This document shows, one piece after another, positions 21,480 through 31,311 of a stretch of DNA of 35,137 nucleotides (position 1 is the first letter of the stretch; the number at the start of each line of letters is the position of its first letter). The position numbers were made by a program, and so were the translations under genes. Below the pieces are notes generated by a model. The model was not told the origin of the DNA and did no database searches. It saw only the letters and a list, made by a program, of their open reading frames with translations. The DNA is from Octopus bimaculoides (Eukaryota), in NCBI RefSeq assembly GCF_001194135.2, contig NC_068987.1:108439710-108474846 (forward strand), read 5' to 3'.

Positions 21480-21618
21480 AGGAATCTTGCAGTTAGTAGC
21501 TCGCGCTCTTAACCACTACACGATATGCCCTTGGGCTGTTCCGTTGACCGGATCAACTGGAAGGCGTATCGTCGTGACCAATGAAGTGCTTGTATATTAT
21601 GTATGTGAGTGTGTGTGT

Positions 21619-22080
21619 GTGGCTATGTGGTAAGAAGCTTGCTTTCCAACCATATGGTTGCTAGTTCAATCCTACTGTGTGGTACCTCGGACTAGTGTCT
21701 TCTACTATAGCCTCGAGCCGGCCAAACTTTGTGAGTGGATTTAGTAGACAGAAACTGAAAGAAGCCCGTCGTGTATATGTGTGTGTGTGTGTGTGTGTGG
21801 GTGTGTGTGTGTATGCGTGTGTGTATGTATATATATATTTGTGTGTTTGTGTCTGTGTTTGTCCTCGCCCCACCATCACTTGACAAAAGATATTGGTGTG
21901 TTTTTACGTCCCCGTAACTTAGCAATTCGACATAGGAGACCGATAGAATAAGTACTAGGCTTACAAAGCAAAAGTCCTGGGGTCGATTTGTTCGACCAAA
22001 AGACCCCACTGAAGTTGGTGCTCCAGCATGACCACAGTCAAATGACTGAAACAAGTAAAAGAATAAATGAATAAAAGAAC
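21619..22080 (+). mobile_element. Family B SINE, near full length
   Basis: GTGGCTATGTGGTAAGAAGCTTGC head, internal (TG)n, CAGTCAAATGACTGAAACAAGTAAAAGAATA tail. Confidence 0.92.
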
Positions 22081-22570
22081 TTATAGTTATAATTCTTTAG
22101 TTGTTGTTGTTGTTGTTACTGTGTATTGGTGGTCATCTGTTGTCTGTTTGTTTAGTTGTATTTTATTTGTGATTATGTTTTTTTTTCCCTCTTGTCCTCA
22201 GCTTGGCTGTTAGTCATTGGTCGATCTTCCAACGGTGGAAGGTTATCTGACGATTATCAGCTGGTGTTGTTATTGATGTTGGTAAAATCACAGAGAGATG
22301 TTAAGGAATTTATTTGGATGGTGAGAGATTGCAAGAGGGAGGTGAGGGGGAGAGAGAAGGGAGAAGAGAGAAGAGAGACAGGCTACATGTACTTATAAAA
22401 GAGGCAGCGCGTGTGTGTCAGATCTGGTACGTATATAAGAGGAGCCAAGTGCAATTGAAAGAGATGCGTACGTGAGATGTTTGTATTAGATATAGTGTAG
22501 AGAGTAAGCAGCGATTTGAGGGACACACAAATGCATATATGTGTGTGTGTGCGTGTGTGTATGTATGTTA

Positions 22571-22747
22571 GGCGTAGGAGTGGCTGTGTGGTAAGTAGCT
22601 TGCTTACCAACCACATGGTTCCAACTTCAGTCGCACTGCGTGGCACCTTGGGCAAGTGTCTTCTACGATAGCCTCAGGCCGACCAAATCCTTGTCAGTGG
22701 ATTTGGTAGACGGAAACTGAAAGAAGCCTGTCGTATATATGTATATG

Positions 22748-22780
<33 letters not shown>

Positions 22781-22784
22781 GTGT

Positions 22785-22848
<64 letters not shown>

Positions 22849-23042
22849 CTCCCCCTAATATCGCTTGACAACCGATGCTGGTGTGTTTACGTCCTCGTAA
22901 GTTAGCGGTTCGGCGAAAGAGACCGAGAGAATAAGTACTAGGCTTACAAAGAATACGTCCTGGAGTCGATTACTTCAACTAAAAGGCGGTGCTCCAACAT
23001 GGCCACAATCAAATGACTGAAACAAGTAAAAGAATAAAAGAA
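22571..23042 (+). mobile_element. Family B SINE, full length
   Basis: GGCGTAGGAGTGGCTGTGTGGTAAGTAGC head, internal (TA)(TG)n, AAGTAAAAGAATAAAAGAA tail. Confidence 0.95.
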
Positions 23043-23662
23043 TTATAAGGAGATGTATGAAAATATGGATAAAACATTTTATGTATTATAACCAATTTAT
23101 TGCAAATAAACATTAACAATAACATCTTATATGGAACCCCAAGGGCATATTAACCCTAGAATGTGGCTCGTCATCGTTAGATTTTAATCCCTTTTAAAGA
23201 CACTAACACACCGTGTGCGAATGTGTGCAGTGCAAATAATCGTCTATTTGGAAACGTTAAAAGTCTGTAAACGTATTACTCAGAAATTTGAAATATGATT
23301 TCATCCGAACGCTGTTGAAATTATCATGTTAAATGAACAGACATTTTTACTCTTCTGCATATAGATCGATCACAGACTGAACTAAAGATAAGATTTACCA
23401 ATTCAAATCTACAATCGTGACATCGCTGCTCTAGTTGCTTGACGGTACTCTTGAGGAAGTTCGGTTCCTTTCGAAGCAGACTTCATACTCCGTAATAAAT
23501 TTAATCGATCGATAGATTTTACGTTGCTGCTGAAAATTTTCATGAATTCTCCTATAATCAATCATGTGACGAATATTTCTTCAGAAGAGTAAATATAGCA
23601 ATTATACTCTAGTATGCATTTTAATCGGCTCGCGGGTGTCTATATATGTTTACATATATCGT

Positions 23663-24031
23663 GGCACCCCGTCGGTTACGACGACGAGGGTTCAAGTTGA
23701 TACGATCAACAGAACAACCAGCTCGTGAAATTAACGTGTAAGTGGCTGAGCACTCCATGGACGCGCGTACGCTTAACGCAGTTCTCGAGGAGATTCAGCG
23801 TGACACAGTGTGACAAGGCTGGCCCTTTGAAACAAGAGAAACAGGAAGACAGAGTGCGAGAAATTTGTGGTGAAAAATACAGCAGGGTTGGCCAACACCC
23901 CCTGCCAGAGCCTCGTGGAGCTTTACGTGTTTTCGCTCAATAAACACTCACAACGCCCGGTCTGGGAATTGAAACCGCGATCCTACGACCGCGATTTCGC
24001 TGCCCTAACCACTGGGCCATTGCGCCTCCAC
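23663..24031 (-). mobile_element. Family C SINE, full length
   Basis: Reverse complement of the 13514-13882 type, ending CACTGGGCCATTGCGCCTCCAC. Confidence 0.93.
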
Positions 24032-24039
24032 TTACGTAC

Positions 24040-24112
24040 GTGGACACATACATATACACATGTATACTTACATAAATACATACATACGCACACACACTCA
24101 TGCATACATACA

Positions 24113-24146
<34 letters not shown>

Positions 24147-24165
24147 CATACATACATACATACAA
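24040..24165. repeat. (CATA)n compound microsatellite
   Basis: Direct reading of the sequence. Confidence 0.93.
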
Positions 24166-24650
24166 AATGTATGTATCGTCATGGAGGTCAGCTGTTCTGA
24201 TGATACAAATATCTCTTCGAAAATCACAGAGAAAGAAGGTAAATAGGGACGATTGCTTTGAAACCGCTAGCTTATAAACCCTTATTATAAATTCAAATTT
24301 AAATAATAATAAGTGACACACATGGATTTGTGAGAGAATGCCTACATGATAATCTGGCAAATTTAGAGCTTTCAATAAATGAACTCAGCCAACTAACTTG
24401 CACATTAGAAATGTAGTCTGTAAAAGGAACACTCTAAAATATACAAGATCTTTCTAAAGTCTAAAACGTGAATTTGTTATTGCTATCTGCATTCTAGCGA
24501 TGCATCTAATTTAGAAGCCAGCTCCTTCCTTACAGAAATATGTCCAATGATTAAAATAAAAGATGAACAACAGTACCTATACACCTATATACATACATGC
24601 ACACATTCATTCATGCAATGACACAAACATACATACATACATACATACAT

Positions 24651-25047
24651 TGTTGTTGTTGTGGTAGTTGGCACTCCGTCGCTTACGACGCAGAGGGTTC
24701 CAGTTGATCCGATCAACGGAACAGCCTGCTCGTGAAATTAACGTACAAGTGGCTGAGCACTCCGCAGACACGTGTACCCTTAACGTAGTTCTCGGGGATA
24801 TTCAGTGTGACACAGTGTGACAAGGCTGACCCTTTGAATTACAGGCAGAACAGAAACAGGAAGTAAGAGTGAGAGAAAGTTGTGGTGAAAGAGTACGGCA
24901 GGGTTCACCACCATCCCCTGCCGGAGCCTCGTGGAGCTTTACGTGTTTTCGCTCAATAAACACTCACAACGCCCGGTCTGGGAATCGAAACCTCGATCCT
25001 ATGACCGCGAGTCCGCTGCCCTAACCACTGGGCCATTGCGCCTCCAC
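24651..25047 (-). mobile_element. Family C SINE, full length, inserted in a (TACA)n tract
   Basis: (TTG)n tail at 24651-24670, intact GTTGATCCGATCAAC hairpin, head ending CCATTGCGCCTCCAC. Confidence 0.95.
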
Positions 25048-25323
25048 ACTCATACAAACATACATACATACATACATACATACATACATACATACCTAAA
25101 CTAAGATTTAGTATCCTCAAGCTAAGAAAGAAAATCGCTAAGATGAAAATTAAAGATACAGTTTGGTCTGTAAGAGGAACGGTATAGGTATGCAAAATTT
25201 TCTTAAAATTCGATACATAACAATTATTGTTTTGTTATCCAAATTTCAGTTGTGGAGCCCTTGTTTCTTTGTTAGAAGCTGGTCCTCTTCTTTCTGTAAG
25301 AATACTACTAAATAAAATATATG

Positions 25324-25475
25324 TCGGTGTGTCTGTTTGTCCTCGTAACTTAGCGTTTCAGCAAAACAGACTAGGCTTACAAAGAATAAGTCATGGGTTC
25401 GATTTCCTCGACTAAAGGGTGTGCTCCAGCATGGCCGCAGTCAAATGACTGAAACAAATAAAAGAATAAAAGAAT
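25324..25475 (+). mobile_element. Family B SINE 3' fragment with internal deletions
   Basis: CTAGGCTTACAAAGAATAAGTC...CCAGCATGGCCGCAGTCAAATGACTGAAACAAATAAAAGAATA. Confidence 0.85.
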
Positions 25476-25897
25476 ATACATACCTACATACATTTATATA
25501 TATATATATAATATATATACATATGCATATATATATATATATGTAAACTTTGTGTTTATACACACACATATATATATATGTATGTATGTATATTGTGTGT
25601 ATCTGTGTGTGTGTGTGTCTGTGTGTGTGTGTGTGGCAAAAGGAAATATACTGAATGTGGGAGGGAAGGGAAAGCCTTCACAGTAGTCGATCATGTTCGA
25701 TTGGAGCGTGACTTAACATTGCTCGGAGGATTGCAACACCAATATCTGTAACATCAACAACAACTGGCTGGTCCACAGAGATAGAGTTCAGAAAAAAAAC
25801 AAGAATATATTGCAATTGAGAGTCTATCACATTTCGGTTCACGTTAATTTTTCGCTCCCTCAACACTCAGGATATAAATTTCTCTAAGCAAATACAA

Positions 25898-25928
<31 letters not shown>

Positions 25929-26453
25929 TTTATATATGTATGTATATGTAGATTTATAGGTAGCCATATATATGCATATATATGCACATATATGTATATA
26001 TAAACACTCAAATATATATGTGTGTGTGTACATATACGTGTGGGTATATATATATANNNNNNNNNNGACACACACACACACACGCAAACTCATGTAATAT
26101 GTGAGTAAAAAAAATATACATATATATATATAGATGCATTCATACGTACGTACCTGCGTGTGTATGCTTTGTGGGTACATATATAGTCATATCTTTATGC
26201 GCGCATGTATATATACATATATATATATGCACATGCAAATGTATATATGTTAGGGTAGGTGTGTGTGTGTGTACGTGTCTGTGTATGTGTACGCATACAC
26301 TTACGTTTATGTTATATAAACATGTACATTTTATAGACAAAAAGCTTTTTGAGTAGATTAAATTTGTTTAGTGATAGACGAAATTGGTTTTTTCTTCTTT
26401 TACTTTCATTTTTCCCAAATTTCTCTCTTCCTTCTTTATTTCCCCTTTTTCCT

Positions 26454-26480
26454 TTATTATTATTATTATTATTATTATTA

Positions 26481-26531
<51 letters not shown>
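26454..26531. repeat. (TAT)n microsatellite
   Basis: Direct reading of the sequence. Confidence 0.97.
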
Positions 26532-26532
<1 letters not shown>

Positions 26533-26652
26533 GTTGTTATCTCGCCCCAGTATCCGTGTTGTATGTGTATGTGTCTCAGTGTGTGTGTGTGTGTGTGTGT
26601 GTTTTCCTTTACGTTTGTTTATTATAGTCTAATTATTAAAATGGCTGCAGTA

Positions 26653-27621
26653 NNNNNNNNNNNNNNNNNNNNNNNNNNNNNNNNNNNNNNNNNNNNNNNN
26701 NNNNNNNNNNNNNNNNNNNNNNNNNNNNNNNNNNNNNNNNNNNNNNNNNNNNNNNNNNNNNNNNNNNNNNNNNNNNNNNNNNNNNNNNNNNNNNNNNNNN
26801 NNNNNNNNNNNNNNNNNNNNNNNNNNNNNNNNNNNNNNNNNNNNNNNNNNNNNNNNNNNNNNNNNNNNNNNNNNNNNNNNNNNNNNNNNNNNNNNNNNNN
26901 NNNNNNNNNNNNNNNNNNNNNNNNNNNNNNNNNNNNNNNNNNNNNNNNNNNNNNNNNNNNNNNNNNNNNNNNNNNNNNNNNNNNNNNNNNNNNNNNNNNN
27001 NNNNNNNNNNNNNNNNNNNNNNNNNNNNNNNNNNNNNNNNNNNNNNNNNNNNNNNNNNNNNNNNNNNNNNNNNNNNNNNNNNNNNNNNNNNNNNNNNNNN
27101 NNNNNNNNNNNNNNNNNNNNNNNNNNNNNNNNNNNNNNNNNNNNNNNNNNNNNNNNNNNNNNNNNNNNNNNNNNNNNNNNNNNNNNNNNNNNNNNNNNNN
27201 NNNNNNNNNNNNNNNNNNNNNNNNNNNNNNNNNNNNNNNNNNNNNNNNNNNNNNNNNNNNNNNNNNNNNNNNNNNNNNNNNNNNNNNNNNNNNNNNNNNN
27301 NNNNNNNNNNNNNNNNNNNNNNNNNNNNNNNNNNNNNNNNNNNNNNNNNNNNNNNNNNNNNNNNNNNNNNNNNNNNNNNNNNNNNNNNNNNNNNNNNNNN
27401 NNNNNNNNNNNNNNNNNNNNNNNNNNNNNNNNNNNNNNNNNNNNNNNNNNNNNNNNNNNNNNNNNNNNNNNNNNNNNNNNNNNNNNNNNNNNNNNNNNNN
27501 NNNNNNNNNNNNNNNNNNNNNNNNNNNNNNNNNNNNNNNNNNNNNNNNNNNNNNNNNNNNNNNNNNNNNNNNNNNNNNNNNNNNNNNNNNNNNNNNNNNN
27601 NNNNNNNNNNNNNNNNNNNNN
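26653..27621. other. Assembly gap (969 N); other gaps at 999-1008, 1343-1817, 7963-8007, 19355-19368, 26057-26066, 28425-28434, 28729-28810, 31001-31266
   Basis: N runs, most flanked by microsatellites. Confidence 0.98.
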
Positions 27622-27626
27622 TGGTG

Positions 27627-27658
<32 letters not shown>

Positions 27659-27686
27659 GGTGGTGGTGGTGGTACTGCTGTTTGCG

Positions 27687-27741
<55 letters not shown>

Positions 27742-27800
27742 CTGTGGTTGTGGTGGTGGTTGTGGTTGTGGTAGCGGTGGTGGTGGTAGTTGTGGTGATG
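27622..27800. repeat. (GTA)n/(GTG)n compound trinucleotide repeat
   Basis: Direct reading of the sequence. Confidence 0.95.
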
Positions 27801-28126
27801 GCTGTAAGCATTGAGAAACATCGTTGTTCTCTAGTATGTCGGACGGGGTGGTCACTGGTGGTAATCGTAGTGACGGTGATCGTCAGAGTCGTAGTGACCT
27901 TCGTCGCCGTAGTAGTCATGGTCGGCGGTCCTTTTGGTTGCTATTTCTTGTTGTTATTGTTGTTGCTGTCGTCTGTAGCGGTGATGTTGATGGGTGTTAG
28001 TGCTAATGGTATTTAGTCTAGTCCGTCACGGAATGTAGTTACTGCGCAATGTGTTTGCCAAGGAGGAGACACCTGTTTACATAGGTCCATTTCATTGATT
28101 TCAAAATGCTGCAGACATCGTTTAGC

Positions 28127-28320
28127 TTTTATCTTCTACTTGTTTAGGTTATTGCAATGCGGCCATGCTGGGGCATCGTATTTAAGGGTTTCAAATTTTT
28201 TTTCGATAGCACTGACACTGGTATTTCTCGGTCCCTTTTGCCGAACTGCTAGTTTATAAGGTCGCAAACGAACTAACACCGGCTGCCAAGTGATTGTAGG
28301 CGTGATGAAGACACACACAC
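28127..28320 (-). mobile_element. Old family B-related SINE 3' fragment
   Basis: TACTTGTTT..GCGGCCATGCTGGGGCA...CTTTTGCCGAACTGCTAG. Confidence 0.7.
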
Positions 28321-28328
28321 ACACACAC

Positions 28329-28378
<50 letters not shown>

Positions 28379-28470
28379 GTATGTATGCGTTTACTTTTTT
28401 ACTCATTTACTTGTTTCAGTCATTNNNNNNNNNNTATATATATATATATGTATGTATGTATGTATGTATG

Positions 28471-28991
28471 CGTTTACTTTTTTACTCATTTACTTGTTTC
28501 AGTCATTTGACTGCGGCCATGCTGGAGTACCGCCTTTAGTCAAACAAATAAGACCCCAGGATTTATTCTTTGTAAGCCTAGTGCTTATTCTATCGGCTTC
28601 TTTTGCTGAACCGCTAAGTTACGGGGACGTAAACACACCAGCATCGGTTGTCAAATGATGTTGGGGGACAAACATAGACACACAAACATATACACACATA
28701 TACATACATACATACATATATATATATANNNNNNNNNNNNNNNNNNNNNNNNNNNNNNNNNNNNNNNNNNNNNNNNNNNNNNNNNNNNNNNNNNNNNNNN
28801 NNNNNNNNNNNATATATATACATATATACGACGTCCTTCTTTCAGTTTCCGTCTACCAAATCCACACACAAAGCTTTGGTCGGCCCAAGGCGATAGTAGA
28901 AGACACTTGCTCAAGGTGCCACGCAGCGGGACTGAACTCGGAACCATGTGGTTGGTAAGCAACCTACTTACCACACAGCCACTCCTGCGCC
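28471..28991 (-). mobile_element. Family B SINE, full length, with an N-gap in its internal microsatellite
   Basis: Tail TTTACTTGTTTCAGTCATTTGACTGCGG through head CACACAGCCACTCCTGCGCC. Confidence 0.94.
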
Positions 28992-29687
28992 TATATGTAT
29001 GTATGTATCTTGCATGTGTGTATGTGCATATACATATAAGTAAAAGAAAAAGTCTGGAAGAAGCACAATGTAAGATCGAACCTTTGATCCAAGTCCGATG
29101 AAGAGCCCCTCTAATGTCAAAAACTGCAAATGTTACGTAAGTTTTCAATTTCAACGCCAGTTTACCTAACTGCCGTTGAAACCAGAGTTGGTACAGAAAC
29201 AATTGTAAGTGATGGTTAAAGATGTGTTGGAGTATTTCTTTGTTTTATTATTTGGAGTACATGTACAAACACACAGACACACACACACACACACATTCTC
29301 ACATACACACATACTCACACGCAAACACATATATACATGCATACATACGTTCATACATACATGCATACATACATACATATATACATACATGATGGGTTTC
29401 CACACAGTTTCCTCTAAATAATTTCCCTCACAAAGTATTGGTTAGCCCGGAGCTATAATGGGAATTATTTGCCTTGTGTGCCTTACGTATTTATCTGAGG
29501 TACGTTAGGCTACCATTTCAAGAAGATCAAACGTTCACGTAGAGAAACTCTTTAGTCGATTTTATTTATTAGTGTTTATTGTCCAATTTCTTGGTGTTTG
29601 TCATCCACTTTTTGAGAAATTCAGTGGCGGAAAGTAATTTGTACCTCAGTTTCCTTTCCAAGTGAACATTCGATGAAGATTTGACCA

Positions 29688-30382
29688 AAGTAATAGTACC
29701 ACTACCTTTTTCCCTAATACTATTTCCACCACCATCAGCCTTTTCATTTCTACCATCTCCACCTGTAGCAATAAAACCACATTCATCACATCTCCCAAAT
29801 CCTCTCTTAGTTCTCAATACTTCTAGCTTCGTACTCGACACATTCTCTATCGTCATAACTACGCGACAGATGAAAATTATATGTCCAGCCCTATCAAATA
29901 AGAGCGATGGGCAAATGTTTATGATCAACTTGACAGAGTTGTAGATATGCATGCTTCTGCTTTGGTGATTACACATGTAGCGACGAAGACTGTGAGGGTT
30001 AGGGCTTACTACAAAACAAACTCTGACTCTGTGCTAGAAACGGTGCTAAAGACGGTGCTGGAGACGGTGCTGATAGCAGACATGTTTATCGGTGTGAGAG
30101 GAGCTAGTGATAGAGAAGAATGTGATAATGAATTAACATTCCAACGGGCTGGATAACGATATACAATGGAGAGACAGCACGTAGCATAGGTGAGCGTATA
30201 TTTGGTCACTGGTGGGAATTCAAGTGCGATAGTGGTTGTGATAAAAAGAGGCAGTGGTGGTAAGAGAGGATGTGGGAGATGTGATGAATGTGGTTTTATT
30301 GCTACAGGTGAAGATGGTGGGAATGAAAGGATTGATGGTGGTGGAAATACTATTAGTGGAAAAGGTAGTGGTACTACTACTT
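29688..30382. repeat. Long inverted repeat: arms 29688-29809 and 30261-30382 (122 nt each, 11 mismatches, no indels), 451-nt spacer
   Basis: Manual alignment; includes a 38-nt perfect core CACCTGTAGCAATAAAACCACATTCATCACATCTCCCA. Confidence 0.92.
30037..30072. repeat. Three imperfect 12-bp tandem units (RARACGGTGCTR)
   Basis: GAAACGGTGCTA AAGACGGTGCTG GAGACGGTGCTG. Confidence 0.85.
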
Positions 30383-31266
30383 CAACGGCAGCTATTAGCA
30401 GTATTATAGGCGGCGTGTTGGCTGACCGCTAGAGCCTTCCTTTACTTTATCTTTTTTTGAAGTAATATTTCTCTTACCTTGTTCTTACATATTCGAATCG
30501 CAAAATATTTTTTTATGACATTTTGTGGTTAACATTTACATACGACTCGAGAAACTCGCTTATTCTTAGCTGTCACCTTGTTCTTTATCGCTGCAATTTT
30601 TTGTTGCTTCTGTAGATGGTATTACTTCTGTTGATGTAGCCACTGTTTTCGGTGTTATTGTAGCTACTGGTTTCTTATTTCTGTTGTTGCAGCTGTTGAT
30701 TTTCTTATTGCAGTCATTATTATTTGTGAGTACAATATTTATTATCAACTTTCTTATGAATTTTCTCATCATTGTTCCATAACTTTACTGGTGTCGATAT
30801 TTCTGTCACTGTCGGAATTATAACTGTTGTTTGGGCAATTGTTTCCAATACACAAAAGATTCTTTTAACGTTTCCTCTGCGCTGAAGGAGCGAGTAGGCT
30901 CCCACGGTTATAAGAATCATCATCTGCTATTAACACTTCCACCACTGCTGTAGTTATGATGATATGAATATCCGTCTCAAAGCAGATATATATATATATA
31001 NNNNNNNNNNNNNNNNNNNNNNNNNNNNNNNNNNNNNNNNNNNNNNNNNNNNNNNNNNNNNNNNNNNNNNNNNNNNNNNNNNNNNNNNNNNNNNNNNNNN
31101 NNNNNNNNNNNNNNNNNNNNNNNNNNNNNNNNNNNNNNNNNNNNNNNNNNNNNNNNNNNNNNNNNNNNNNNNNNNNNNNNNNNNNNNNNNNNNNNNNNNN
31201 NNNNNNNNNNNNNNNNNNNNNNNNNNNNNNNNNNNNNNNNNNNNNNNNNNNNNNNNNNNNNNNNNN

Positions 31267-31311
<45 letters not shown>

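Larger units (their letters stand above)
20909..21533 (-). mobile_element. Family E composite SINE: tRNA-like head, family B body, hammerhead-containing 3' module, (GTAAATAAT)2 tail
   Basis: Bounded by GGCT(A/G)TTCCGT at 20898-20908 and 21534-21544; head GGGCATATCGTGTAGTGGTTAAGAGCGCGAGCTACTAACTGCAAGATTCCTGGTTCAGTCCC. Confidence 0.8.
20655..21590 (+). mobile_element. Family D SINE (tRNA head, V-domain-like centre, family C 3' tail), split by a 625-bp insertion
   Basis: B-box GAGTTCGATACCC; GTGCTTGGGCAACACACTTTATTTCAC; the tail breaks at CAGGCTATTCCGT (20908) and resumes at GGCTGTTCCGTTGACCGGATCAACTGGAA (21534). This tail is contiguous in the uninterrupted family C copy at 24651-25047. Confidence 0.8.

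Noticed and set aside
22394-22425. TATAAAAG with a downstream TCAGAT initiator-like word
   Set aside because: Spacing is short (about 26 nt), no downstream gene, and such words are common in AT-rich DNA.
30037-30072. Short direct repeats as a CRISPR-like array
   Set aside because: 12-bp units are directly adjacent with no spacers, in a eukaryotic context; no CRISPR array anywhere in the window.
29569-30432. ORFs containing GRCDECG (CxxC) as a possible metal-binding protein
   Set aside because: The two paralogous arms differ almost only by non-synonymous changes; the open frames reflect period-3 low complexity.
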